In this document: positions 10,003 through 20,075 of the stretch, piece by piece
Layout: each line of letters starts with the position of its first letter
How positions within the stretch are numbered: the stretch's first letter is position 1
Assembly (NCBI GenBank): GCA_947063855.1
Contig: CAMSTW010000004.1
Coordinates: 6,677-70,676, forward strand
Reading direction: 5' to 3'
DNA from: an uncultured Dorea sp.
Lineage (GTDB): Bacteria; Bacillota; Clostridia; Lachnospirales; Lachnospiraceae
DNA: 64,000 nt
Notes under the pieces: generated by a model
Told to the model about the DNA's origin: nothing
The model's database searches: none
What the model saw: the letters and a program-made list of their open reading frames with translations, nothing else
Made by a program: the position numbers and the translations under genes

Positions 10003-10128
10003 TATCCCTGCTCTCCCTTCTCCTGCTTTCCTCTGCTTACTCCATTCTTTCGCTTTTTCGTTCATTCGCTTATACTCAATTCCCGCAATCCATGCCGTCC
10101 TCATCCCGCACGAGGATTTCTCTTTTCC

Positions 10129-11574
10129 TCACAGTCCATTCACACTCTTCCCCTCTTCTACACCCGAAGCATCCGGTATCGTAAGATTCACGATGAATTC
10201 ATCTCCCGCTGCCTCCGTCATCATACCGCCTCCGTATTTCTCCAACGCATGACGCACATTTTCCAGCCCCAGCCCCATATGTCTCTTCTCTATATGATTC
10301 TTCTCTGCATTTTTACCGCACAGGCCCGTCTCGTCAGGCGCCTTATTCAATGCTGCTCCCATCTCACTCTTTACATTCCCTCTGCCAGCGCCCGTCATGC
10401 CGGATCTCTCATTGGAACCGGCAATGGTATTCTGAATCCTCACCGCCACGAACTCATGGAACACATCCGCCCGTATCCGGATCCGCCTCTCTCCTTCTGC
10501 CTGCCCCGCCGCTTCCAGCGCATTATCAAGCAGATTGGCAAATATGGTCGTTATATCCATATCCCGGACGTGCAGAAGACGAATCTTACCAATCCGGATA
10601 TCCATAGCTATCCCCGCTTCTTCTGCCTCCTTCGCCTTTTCATTCAGGATAATATTCAGCATCCGGTTATCTGTATAACGGACCAAAGTATAAGAATCCA
10701 GCATCTGATGCATATCCCTTATATATTCCTTTCCCTTCATCCCATCCTGTTCTGTAAGCGCCTCAATCGACTGAAGATGATTTCTCATGTCATGGATCAT
10801 CTTACGTGAGGACAGATACTGCTGCTCCACCCGCTCATAATACTGGTACTGCATCTCACTTAGTTTCCGCTGAATCTCAAGCTCTGCTCTAAGCTTCTTA
10901 TTCTTCGACTGGTAGGAGAACAGAAACCAGATATAAAGATTCATTGAGACCAGCAGCAGAATATCTGTTATAATGAGGAATACCCCGTACATCTGCATAA
11001 ATACATTTCCAATACAGATCAGGGAAAATATGATGAATGCACTGACCACCGGAGGCAGGAACAACCCGGCAAACCAGACTCCCTTCACATCCTCGTATTT
11101 TTGCCGGTTCAGCATCACCACCCACATACCGGTCAGAAGAATCTCTGTCAGCTGCCGGATAATCAACATCACATTCGCCAGATAATAATCGAAGACAAAG
11201 GTTCCCCACCGTGCCGACATATAGCCAAGCACCAGATAACCAATCAATATCTGCGCCGCTATGATAGTAACAGGGAACAAAAAATAATAAAAGCAGCTAA
11301 GCCTTCTGCGGCTGTACATACAGAAACCCGTCGCCGCCGTCATTATGATCATGAAAGCCGGAAGCGCCAGATTGATATAAGGGTTGCCATTCATCCCGAA
11401 TGTAAGTCCGGCATATCCGATTCCGTAAAGGAGAAACATTGCAAAACGAATCTTTTTATTTCCGTCAATACTCTGTTCCATATGGCTTAAGAAAAACCAT
11501 GTGCACAGCGTAAGCACCGCCGCTTCCATGACTGCAAGCGTTCCATTCCACATAGCCGATTCCACCCAGTTCAC
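10129..11574 (-). CDS. GHKL (AgrC/VirS-like) membrane sensor histidine kinase
   Basis: Multiple TMs, HDMRNHL phospho-His, FANLLDNALEA N-box, HMGLGLENV G-box; GTG start inferred after purine-rich RBS. Confidence 0.85.
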   Translation of the reverse strand: MNWVESAMWNGTLAVMEAAVLTLCTWFFLSHMEQSIDGNKKIRFAMFLLYGIGYAGLTFGMNGNPYINLALPAFMIIMTAATGFCMYSRRRLSCFYYFLFPVTIIAAQILIGYLVLGYMSARWGTFVFDYYLANVMLIIRQLTEILLTGMWVVMLNRQKYEDVKGVWFAGLFLPPVVSAFIIFSLICIGNVFMQMYGVFLIITDILLLVSMNLYIWFLFSYQSKNKKLRAELEIQRKLSEMQYQYYERVEQQYLSSRKMIHDMRNHLQSIEALTEQDGMKGKEYIRDMHQMLDSYTLVRYTDNRMLNIILNEKAKEAEEAGIAMDIRIGKIRLLHVRDMDITTIFANLLDNALEAAGQAEGERRIRIRADVFHEFVAVRIQNTIAGSNERSGMTGAGRGNVKSEMGAALNKAPDETGLCGKNAEKNHIEKRHMGLGLENVRHALEKYGGGMMTEAAGDEFIVNLTIPDASGVEEGKSVNGL

Positions 11575-11679
11575 AGCTTCCCCCCCTCTTCTTAATACAA
11601 AATATGCTCTCCGGAACATTCCTGTATAAATCTTCAGACACGCTTTCCTATTCCAGCTGACCAAATGGAACTCTATGAT

Positions 11680-12378
11680 TCACAACCGGTCTGCCTGATA
11701 CTTCCCAAGCTCTCCCCGGAATTGTACGGACCGCTTCTGTGACAGTGGAATCCTGTCTCCGTTCATCATGACAATATCATATCCCCGGATTGCCTTCACG
11801 TGCCAGAGATTGACCACGAAACTCTTATGAGGCGAGGCAAAACCATACTGCGCCAGCCTTTCCATATATTCCGAGATCTTCCCCCGGACCATACATTCTC
11901 CCTGCTTCGTGACGAAACGAAGTTTCCGGCTCTGGTATTCCAGGTAATAGATATCAGACGGCAGAAACTCTTCCACACCCTCCATCGTCTGAAACCGCAA
12001 TAACTTCTCCTGCTCTTCTTCTTTGCTGTAAAGGAGCGCTTCCCCAATCTGCCGGATAATCTCTTCCTGACTTACGGGCTTTATCAGAAAGGAGAAGGGG
12101 TGCACGGCAAAGGAACGGCTCATATAATCCTGATACCCTGTGACGTAGATAATCTTCACTCTCCGGTCCGTCTGCCTGATTCTCCTTGCCGCCTCAATTC
12201 CGTTTATCCGGGGCATATCAATATCCAGGAACAGGATATCGTACTGTGTATCCTGTAAAAGAAGCTCCATTCCGTCCGCAAATTCATCCACCTCGCAGAC
12301 GGCTTCGTATTCTTCAACTGCCCGGCGCAGAAAACGGCGCATCCTGATATCATCATCACATATGGCAATCCGGTACAT
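11680..12378 (-). CDS. LytTR-family response regulator
   Basis: IAICDD, FLDIDMP receiver; C-terminal HKSFVVN..V LytTR motif. Confidence 0.9.
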   Translation of the reverse strand: MYRIAICDDDIRMRRFLRRAVEEYEAVCEVDEFADGMELLLQDTQYDILFLDIDMPRINGIEAARRIRQTDRRVKIIYVTGYQDYMSRSFAVHPFSFLIKPVSQEEIIRQIGEALLYSKEEEQEKLLRFQTMEGVEEFLPSDIYYLEYQSRKLRFVTKQGECMVRGKISEYMERLAQYGFASPHKSFVVNLWHVKAIRGYDIVMMNGDRIPLSQKRSVQFRGELGKYQADRL

Positions 12379-12481
12379 GTCTTTTCCTCTTTCCTCTCAG
12401 CCTGTCTTCTCTTTGAATTTCATAACTCATCTTAGATTATAAACCTTTTTCCAGAAACAGCAATATGGGATTCCTGTCATA

Positions 12482-12524
12482 TGGTTTCAGGAACATAACA
12501 TACAGTTTACTGTTCCTGAAGCCA
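12482..12524. terminator. Hairpin (terminator-like) between truncated AAA gene and LytTR gene
   Basis: tggtttcaggaaca / tgttcctgaagcca inverted repeat; weak U-tract. Confidence 0.4.
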
Positions 12525-12700
12525 AAGACCTCACGGCAGCTGCCAAATGCGTATGCAGGCATACCCTCCCAGTTCGTTGACCACGGAAATGAACCACCCC
12601 GCTGCGGGATATGAACCCAGGTAGGCTAAATAAAATCAGGGATATCACTCTATCATCCGTTTTGATGATTTCATGACACCCCTTCCATTTTCAAGCGCGT

Positions 12701-13975
12701 TCAAGTCGCCTTTTTATTCGTGACCTCAATCTTGAACCATGACCGAATCTTCTTCTCGTAGATACCCAGAATCTCCCGATTAGGAATTACAAGCCTGTAA
12801 AATCCATTTTCCAGTCGTTCTTCCACGGTCAGATAGCCTGTCGCGAACAAAACACTCCACAAGTATGTCTGTCTGACTTCCACATCCTGGCTGTCAAGAT
12901 CCGTATAGGTCAATTCCGGTATCAAAGCTTTCTCTATCACATCTCCGGAAATCAATGCCTCAATCTGATCCTTGGTGGTACTCGTTGCATGTTCAATAAT
13001 ATCCTGTATAACCGCATTACTGCTGCTGTTCTCCCAGTGCGGTTCCATCGGAGCAGACCGTGATTCGAGGAATTTATCACATTGATTCAGTATATCCCAC
13101 GGGCAATATACATCGACCTGACCAAAATGATACCCGTCATACCATTCCTTCATCAGGCCGAATTTGTCTTCCAGCCCATAGTAAGTAAGAATTTCTCTGA
13201 CTTCTTTATCTGTAAACCCAAAATATTCAGCATACGACAGATCAGCAATGGTCCTTACCTTAAAATTATTAAGTCCCGTAAAAATACTTTCCTTTGCAAT
13301 TCTAAGACATCCCGTAATCACTGCAAAATACAGACTGTTATTCGTCTTTAACACCTGACTGAATACAGAACGTATCAACAGTACCATCTGTGGATAATAT
13401 CCATTTTGATATGCCTTATCCAATGGTACATCATATTCGTCAATCAGCACAATGACCTGAGTTCCATAATGCTTATGCAAAAGCCTTGTCAGGAGACGCA
13501 GACTGTTATGCAGATAAGCAGGTTTCTCAAAGTCTCCTTTCATCAATCGAACGAACTTTTCCTTTTCTGTATGGGTTAATCTGGTACTGTCAAGCAAGAA
13601 ATCAAATCTCTCTGCTTCTTCACTGATGGCTATGCCCAGATTATCATATGCAATCTCATAGCTTTCCCCTTCCACATCCTTCAAACTAATAGAAATGACA
13701 GGAAACTTTCCCATATATTCTTCACATCTATCCGTATCTTCCGAAATCTCTAATCCTTCAAAAAGCGCTGCATCTGTCCCAATCTCGAAAAAGGCTTTAA
13801 GCATGTCCATATTCAGACTCTTCCCAAAACGACGCGGTCTCGTGAACAGATTTACACTTCCGCAGGTATCCAGCAGTTCTCTGATAAATCCTGTCTTGTC
13901 TACATAGTAATAGCCCCGGGTACGCATGTCCTTAAAGAATTCAATCCCTATTGGCAGCTTCTTTCTCCGCTCCAT
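12701..13975 (-). pseudogene. AAA-ATPase-like protein truncated before the PD-(D/E)XK nuclease domain
   Basis: KKLPIGIE, TRPRRFGKS, LIDEYDVPL as in 49311..51002, but stops ~20 aa after IPNREI, where the paralog continues ~165 aa. Confidence 0.7.
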
Positions 13976-14141
13976 ATCGTCACTCGCCCCTTTCTGTCAT
14001 GCTTATCTTTCTGTATTCATCTTAGCATACCTCATACTTTATATCAACGCCTGGTCCTGTCAATAATGCCGGATAACCTCGAACCGCTCCGGTTCCGCTT
14101 CTTCATGTTCTCCAATCCCCGCCTTCTGCTTCGCAATCCGC

Positions 14142-14168
14142 ACGACATTTTAACCATACAGGCGGAAA
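14142..14168 (+). repeat. Right end of dispersed repeat family A
   Basis: acgacattttaaccatacaggcggaaa matches 34582..34608 at 23/27. Confidence 0.6.
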
Positions 14169-14233
14169 AATATTGAACATCCGTTCTTTCTATTGTATAA
14201 TCAGTGATATAAACTTGCAAAGGGGATATCAAA

Positions 14234-14911
14234 ATGACCAAAGAAACTTATACGCTCTTAGAGAATTTCATGCTTTCCTGCATGGATGACAGCGCGCACG
14301 ACAAGGAACATATCTACCGGGTATTGTACAATGCTCTGGAAATCGCAGGATCAGAAGAGCATGTTGATTACGACATCCTGATCACTTCCTGCCTGCTGCA
14401 TGATATCGGACGGAAAGAGCAGTTTGAACATCCCGGACAATGTCACGCTGTGCTGGGGAGCCGCAAAGCATACGATTTTCTGATGGAACACGGATTTGGG
14501 ACTGCTTTTGCCGGGCAGGTGGGGGAGTGTATCCTGACTCACCGCTTCCGCAAAGAGGCGCCTCCCCAGAGCCTGGAGGCGAAAATCTTATTCGATGCCG
14601 ACAAGCTGGATGTCGTTGGAGCCATAGGCATAGCAAGGACCCTGATCTACAAGGGTATCGTATCCGAACCCTTATATTCTCTGCTGCCTGACGGCACTGT
14701 ATCCACCGGCGAAGACGACCCCAAGCCATCCTTCTTCAAAGAATATAAGTACAAATTGGAAAATATGTACTCACATTTTTTCACGGGCAGGGCGACAGAA
14801 CTTGCCAAAAAACGTCGGCAGATTGCAGTAGATTTCTACAACTGTCTGTATCAGGAAGCCTCTTCTTCCTATAAGAATGGCAGGCAGGAGCTTGACAGAC
14901 TAATCCGGTGA
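14234..14911 (+). CDS. HD-domain phosphohydrolase
   Basis: AHD..H..RV, LLHDIGR, THRF, DADKLD motifs. Confidence 0.88.
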   Translation: MTKETYTLLENFMLSCMDDSAHDKEHIYRVLYNALEIAGSEEHVDYDILITSCLLHDIGRKEQFEHPGQCHAVLGSRKAYDFLMEHGFGTAFAGQVGECILTHRFRKEAPPQSLEAKILFDADKLDVVGAIGIARTLIYKGIVSEPLYSLLPDGTVSTGEDDPKPSFFKEYKYKLENMYSHFFTGRATELAKKRRQIAVDFYNCLYQEASSSYKNGRQELDRLIR

Positions 14912-14972
14912 ATTCGTGATATGATTTCATCAGCAAAATATATTTATAAATTCATAATAGAGAGGAATCATT

Positions 14973-16904
14973 ATGCATACAGAATTTTTAATGGGCAATG
15001 AAGCCATTGCCATGGGCGCCCTCGCCGCCGGGGTGAATCTGGTATCCGGTTATCCGGGAACTCCTTCCTCCGAGGTGCTTGAGACAGCGGCAAGACACCG
15101 GAGAGAATCCACCTATGTAGAGTGGTCGGTCAATGAGAAGACCGCCCTGGAGGTTGCCGCCGGCGCAGCCTATGCTGGTGCACGCACCCTCGTAACCATG
15201 AAGCAGGTCGGGCTGAATGTAGCCTCCGATCCTCTGATGAGTCTTGCATACATCGGAGTCAAGGGCGGTATGGTCGTCCTGGCAGCCGACGATCCGGGAC
15301 CAATCTCCTCCCAGACCGAACAGGATACCCGGCATTTTGCCGCATTTTCCAAGCTTCCCTGCTTCGATCCGGTCTCTGCCCAGGAGGCATATGAGATGAT
15401 ACAGGAAGCATTTGCATATTCAGAAGAGTACGGCACACCCGTCCTCTTCCGGCCGACTACCAGAGTATGCCACGGATATGTTTCCATCACAGTGAAGGAT
15501 CCGTCAGAATACGCCGTGCATCACCCGGAAGGCTTTGTAAAGGACACTTCCCGGTGGGTGATCTTCCCGAGGCTTTCGTATCAGAACCATATGCGTATTG
15601 AAGCAAGAAATGCCGAACTGGCAGATAGATTCTCCGCATACAGGCGGAACCACATTTATCCGGAAGCAGACGAATGCCCCTCTTCTGTAAAACGGGGGAT
15701 TGCCGCAGGAGGGATCAGCTTCACCTATGCCATGGAGACCCTCAACCTGACCGGGATGGTCCGTTTTCTTAAGGTCGCCACGCCCCATCCTTTCCCGGAG
15801 AAGCTGGCGCTTGAGTTCCTTGACGGCCTAGACGAGGTTCTCTGCATCGAAGAGCTTGACCCAGTTATCGAGCGTGAGCTTCTCTGTCTGTGCGGAAAGC
15901 ATCATCTCCCTGTGAAGATCTGCGGGAAACTGACCCTTCATGTGCCGAACGCAGGAGAGAATACACAGGACAGCGTACGCCAGAATATCATGGATTTCCT
16001 TGGATACCGGCAGCAGAACCAGCCGGGAACTGATTCTCCTGTATCCGGCGGCAGACAGAGCCAGTCACAGGATCTATGCCCCAAATGTCCGGTTGAGGCG
16101 GACTCAGCCCGGGACATCCCGCCCCTCCCGGTACGTCCGCCGGTGCTCTGTGCCGGATGTCCTCACCGGGCTTCCTTCTACGCAGTCAAGGCCGCCATGA
16201 GGGGCCGGAAGACTATTTTCTGCGGAGATATCGGCTGCTATACACTTGGGAACGCCATGCCTCTTGATATGGTAGATACCTGTCTCTGTATGGGCGCCGG
16301 GCTTGGAATCGCCCAGGGCGTCGGGCATATTGAACCGGATACCGCCTGCTTCGCGTTCGTGGGTGACTCTACCTTCTTCGCGTCTGCCATCCCGGGAGTC
16401 GTCAACGCCGTATACAACCAGACAGATCTGACGCTGGTCATACTCGACAATTCCACCACGGCCATGACCGGGCACCAGCCTCATCCGGGCACCGGACATA
16501 CTATGATGGGCAACGTTGTGGATAAGATTGACATCGAAGCCGTTCTTCGCGGAATCGGCCTTAAGACGGTTGAGACGGTCGATCCTCTGGATCACGATGC
16601 GGCCGTATCCTGTGTCAGACGCGCGTCGGATGAACCCGGCGTCAAGGCAATTATCTTCCGCTCGCCCTGCATCGCCGTCACGAAACCCTCGGGCGGGATG
16701 ACTGTCGATTCCGGGAAATGTACAAACTGCAAAAAATGCATCCGGGAACTGGGATGTCCCGCACTGATCGCCGCAGACGGGAATGTCGGCATCGACCGCT
16801 CACTCTGTACAGGCTGTACACTGTGCAGCCAGCTATGTCCTTTTGGGGCTATCGTCCCTTCCGGTACAGCAGACAATGCGAAAGGAGTTGACAGCCATGA
16901 ATAA
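14973..16904 (+). CDS. iorA: Indolepyruvate:ferredoxin oxidoreductase alpha subunit
   Basis: MGNEAIA, YPGTPS, NEK, ADDPG, RPPVLCAGCPHR, GDIGCY, GDSTF TPP motif, C-terminal Fe-S cysteines. Confidence 0.92.
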   Translation: MHTEFLMGNEAIAMGALAAGVNLVSGYPGTPSSEVLETAARHRRESTYVEWSVNEKTALEVAAGAAYAGARTLVTMKQVGLNVASDPLMSLAYIGVKGGMVVLAADDPGPISSQTEQDTRHFAAFSKLPCFDPVSAQEAYEMIQEAFAYSEEYGTPVLFRPTTRVCHGYVSITVKDPSEYAVHHPEGFVKDTSRWVIFPRLSYQNHMRIEARNAELADRFSAYRRNHIYPEADECPSSVKRGIAAGGISFTYAMETLNLTGMVRFLKVATPHPFPEKLALEFLDGLDEVLCIEELDPVIERELLCLCGKHHLPVKICGKLTLHVPNAGENTQDSVRQNIMDFLGYRQQNQPGTDSPVSGGRQSQSQDLCPKCPVEADSARDIPPLPVRPPVLCAGCPHRASFYAVKAAMRGRKTIFCGDIGCYTLGNAMPLDMVDTCLCMGAGLGIAQGVGHIEPDTACFAFVGDSTFFASAIPGVVNAVYNQTDLTLVILDNSTTAMTGHQPHPGTGHTMMGNVVDKIDIEAVLRGIGLKTVETVDPLDHDAAVSCVRRASDEPGVKAIIFRSPCIAVTKPSGGMTVDSGKCTNCKKCIRELGCPALIAADGNVGIDRSLCTGCTLCSQLCPFGAIVPSGTADNAKGVDSHE

Positions 16905-17505
16905 GAACATAAACATCGTATTATGCGGAGTCGGCGGTCAGGGAACCGTGCTGGCGTCCAAGCTGATTGCCGCCGCTGCCATGAAAAAGAACATTCCTGT
17001 CATGAGCGCCGAGACCATCGGTATGGCGCAGCGGGGCGGCAGCGTGATAAGCCACATCCGCATGGGAGAAGGGCTATATGCTCCGATGATTGCCAGAGGC
17101 ACAGCCGATGTCATCATCGGTTTTGAGCCGGGAGAGACGGTGCGTATGCTCCCTTATCTGAAAGAAGGCGGACAGGTGGTTGTAAGCCGGCGGGCCATCA
17201 TGCCCGTTACCGCCACTCTTTCGGGAACCCCTTATGACGGCAATGAGATGATCGAATATCTTAAGAAGTACATCCCCCGGCTCCTTATCGTAGATACCGA
17301 ACAGGCCTGCCATGATATCGGCTCCTCCAAGGTTCTTAACCTCCTGCTTCTTGGCGCCGCCATCCACAGCGGTTCCATCGGCCTTGATGAGGCAGATATC
17401 AGAGAAGCAATCCGCGGGCGGCTGCCTGAGAGATTCCATGAGCTGAATTTCCGCGCACTTGCGTACGTACGCGAACTCTCACCGGACTACTTAAGTGCCG
17501 GGTAA
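16897..17505 (+). CDS. iorB: Indolepyruvate:ferredoxin oxidoreductase beta subunit
   Basis: GVGGQG, ETIGMAQRGGSV; overlaps iorA stop by 8 bp. Confidence 0.9.
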   Translation: MNKNINIVLCGVGGQGTVLASKLIAAAAMKKNIPVMSAETIGMAQRGGSVISHIRMGEGLYAPMIARGTADVIIGFEPGETVRMLPYLKEGGQVVVSRRAIMPVTATLSGTPYDGNEMIEYLKKYIPRLLIVDTEQACHDIGSSKVLNLLLLGAAIHSGSIGLDEADIREAIRGRLPERFHELNFRALAYVRELSPDYLSAG

Positions 17506-17539
17506 AACATAATCCGAAACAGAAAGGAAATCATACATC

Positions 17540-18775
17540 ATGCAGATAACAGACTTACAGATCAGCCAGGTAAACAGACAGATTCAGGCGCTCATCCGCG
17601 CCAAAAGCTTCTATGGAAAAAAGCTTGAACAGGCAGGTATTTCCAGTATCTCCACCCCGGAAGATTTTGAAAAGCTTCCCTTCTCCGAAAAGAATGACTT
17701 AAGAGAAGCTTATCCTCTGGGGCTTATGACAGCTCCGGAGGAAGAGATTGTAAGGATCCATTCCTCCTCCGGTACGACCGGACTCCCGGTCATCATCCCC
17801 TACACCGCCAAGGATGTGGAGGACTGGGCCGTTATGTTCGCCCGCTGTTATGAGACAGCCGGCATTACCAACACAGACCGCATCCAGGTTACTCCGGGAT
17901 ATGGCCTCTGGACCGCAGGCATCGGTTTCCAGGCGGGCGCAGAGAAACTGGGCGCCATGGTCATTCCCATGGGTCCCGGCAATACGGATAAGCAGCTCCA
18001 GATGATGATGGACATGAAAAGCACCGTAATCTGCGCAACTTCTTCCTACGCCCTGCTTCTGGCAGAAGAGATCGAGAAACGCGGAATCAAAGATAAGATC
18101 CATCTTAAGAAGGGCGTTATAGGATCTGAACGCTGGGGCGAGAAGATGCGCCAGCGGATCCGTAAGGAACTGGGCATTGAGCTCTATGATATCTATGGGC
18201 TGACCGAAGTCTACGGCCCCGGAATCGGCATCAACTGCCGGTACGAGACCGGGATGCATTACTGGGATGATTATCTCTATATCGAGATCATAGATCCGGT
18301 CACACAGAAGCCCGTACCGGATGGTGAGATGGGAGAGATCGTAATCACAACTCTGGTCAAGGAAGGCGCTCCCCTGATCCGTTACCGGACCCACGACCTG
18401 TCCCGCATTGTCCCGGGAGTATGTCCATGCGGGAGCAATTATCCGCGTCTGGATATCATCATGGGAAGAACCGACGACATGATGAAGATAAAGGGTGTCA
18501 ACGTATTCCCAAGCCAGATTGAAGAGATTCTGAAAGAATTCCCGGAGGTCTCAAGCGAATACCAGATCCGCATCTCACACCTGGACGGAAGGGATACCAT
18601 GCGGCTCTATGTAGAGACAAACGGAAGCGTTGATTTCCTCGACCTGGCAAAACGTATCGCCGGCACTGTCAAGAGCCGTATCGGATTTACGCCGCTTGTC
18701 AAAGTTGTGGAGCTCGGACTTCTTCCGCGAAGCGAGAAGAAATCTAAACGGGTGATTGATGAGAGGTATGAGTAA
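17540..18775 (+). CDS. paaK: Phenylacetate-CoA ligase family protein
   Basis: RIHSSSGTTG, DIYGLTE, RYRTHD, GRTDDM.KIKGVNVFPSQIE. Confidence 0.85.
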   Translation: MQITDLQISQVNRQIQALIRAKSFYGKKLEQAGISSISTPEDFEKLPFSEKNDLREAYPLGLMTAPEEEIVRIHSSSGTTGLPVIIPYTAKDVEDWAVMFARCYETAGITNTDRIQVTPGYGLWTAGIGFQAGAEKLGAMVIPMGPGNTDKQLQMMMDMKSTVICATSSYALLLAEEIEKRGIKDKIHLKKGVIGSERWGEKMRQRIRKELGIELYDIYGLTEVYGPGIGINCRYETGMHYWDDYLYIEIIDPVTQKPVPDGEMGEIVITTLVKEGAPLIRYRTHDLSRIVPGVCPCGSNYPRLDIIMGRTDDMMKIKGVNVFPSQIEEILKEFPEVSSEYQIRISHLDGRDTMRLYVETNGSVDFLDLAKRIAGTVKSRIGFTPLVKVVELGLLPRSEKKSKRVIDERYE

Positions 18776-18797
18776 AATATACTCGTACTACAAACAA

Positions 18798-18894
18798 AGG
18801 CTGCCGGGAAATGACCGCATATACGCAACGTATACCGCGAAAGATTGGATATCGCAGCTATACGCCGGATACAAATGTCATTCCCTGACAGCCT
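18798..18894. terminator. Long hairpin between convergent paaK and prfA (probable bidirectional terminator)
   Basis: aggctgccgggaaatgac / gtcattccctgacagcct outer arms with inner cgtata..gcga/tcgc..tatacg stem. Confidence 0.55.
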
Positions 18895-18901
18895 GCTTTT
18901 A

Positions 18902-19972
18902 TTACTCATTCATGTTGGCGAGCTTCGCGCTCTGATCCGCCGCGATACACGCGTCGATGATCTCCTGGATATCTCCGTTCATGATCTTATCCAGCTTATA
19001 CAGCGTAAGGCCGATCCTGTGATCCGTCACACGTCCCTGCGGGAAATTATAGGTACGGATCTTCTCAGAGCGGTCGCCTGTTCCGATCTGGCTCTTTCTG
19101 GCCTCCGCCTCGGCGTCATGCTGCTTCTGGCATTCCATATCATACAGCTTCGCGCGCAGCAGGGCGAAAGCCTTATCCTTATTCTGCAGCTGCGACTTCT
19201 CTGTCTGGCTGTAGATTACGATTCCCGTCGGATAGTGGGTCAGACGTACCGCGGAATCCGTCGTATTGACGCACTGACCACCGTTTCCGGACGCCCTCAT
19301 GACATCAATCCTGATATCCTTCTCATCAATCTGGACATCTACTTCCTCCGCCTCAGGTATCACCGCAACCGTGATGGTAGACGTATGGATACGTCCCCCC
19401 GATTCCGTCTCAGGCACACGCTGAACGCGATGCACCCCTGATTCATACTTCATCACGGAATACGCGCCGTTTCCGTTAATCATAAAAGTGACATTCTTCA
19501 TGCCGCCGATCCCAATCTCCTCACACTCTACTAATTCAACCTTCCAGCGTCTGTTCTCCGCATAATGCAGATACATACGGTAGATTTCTGCCGCGAATAA
19601 CGCAGCCTCATCTCCGCCTGCCCCCGCGCGGATCTCCACAACAACATTCTTATCATCGTTGGGATCCTTGGGAAGCAGAAGGATCTTAAGCTCCTTCTCC
19701 AATTCTTCTACCCTTGTTTTGGAATCATTCAATTCCTCCTTGGCAAGCTCCCGCATCTCCTCGTCTGATTCTTCCTCCAGCATCTGAAGACTGTCCTCGA
19801 TGTTCTGCTTACACGTCTTATATTCCTTATATGCCTCCACGATCGGAGACAGGTCGTTCTGCTCTTTCATAAGTTTCCGAAATCTCGCCTGGTCACTCGC
19901 CACATCCGGTTCCTGCAGCTCACTCAATATCTCTTCCATTCGAATGAGCAGATCTTCTAATCTGTCAAACAT
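18902..19972 (-). CDS. prfA: Peptide chain release factor 1
   Basis: [11 protein letters not shown] specificity motif, [19 protein letters not shown]. Confidence 0.97.
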   Translation of the reverse strand: MFDRLEDLLIRMEEILSELQEPDVASDQARFRKLMKEQNDLSPIVEAYKEYKTCKQNIEDSLQMLEEESDEEMRELAKEELNDSKTRVEELEKELKILLLPKDPNDDKNVVVEIRAGAGGDEAALFAAEIYRMYLHYAENRRWKVELVECEEIGIGGMKNVTFMINGNGAYSVMKYESGVHRVQRVPETESGGRIHTSTITVAVIPEAEEVDVQIDEKDIRIDVMRASGNGGQCVNTTDSAVRLTHYPTGIVIYSQTEKSQLQNKDKAFALLRAKLYDMECQKQHDAEAEARKSQIGTGDRSEKIRTYNFPQGRVTDHRIGLTLYKLDKIMNGDIQEIIDACIAADQSAKLANMNE

Positions 19973-19986
19973 AGTTCTTCCTCCCA

Positions 19987-20075
19987 GAATTTATCTTTCT
20001 CTCATATTTTTAATCTGAATCTCTTTTACTCTTATATTTCTTATCCGAATCTCTTTCTTCACTTACATTTCTTAC
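19987..20075. repeat. Intergenic tandem repeat, ~30 bp x 3
   Basis: gaatttatctttctctcatatttttaatct / gaatctcttttactcttatatttcttatcc / gaatctctttcttcacttacatttcttac. Confidence 0.7.

Noticed and set aside
9538-10809. 423-aa plus-strand ORF
   Set aside because: Antisense shadow of the DUF3887 and kinase genes, with no recognisable motifs
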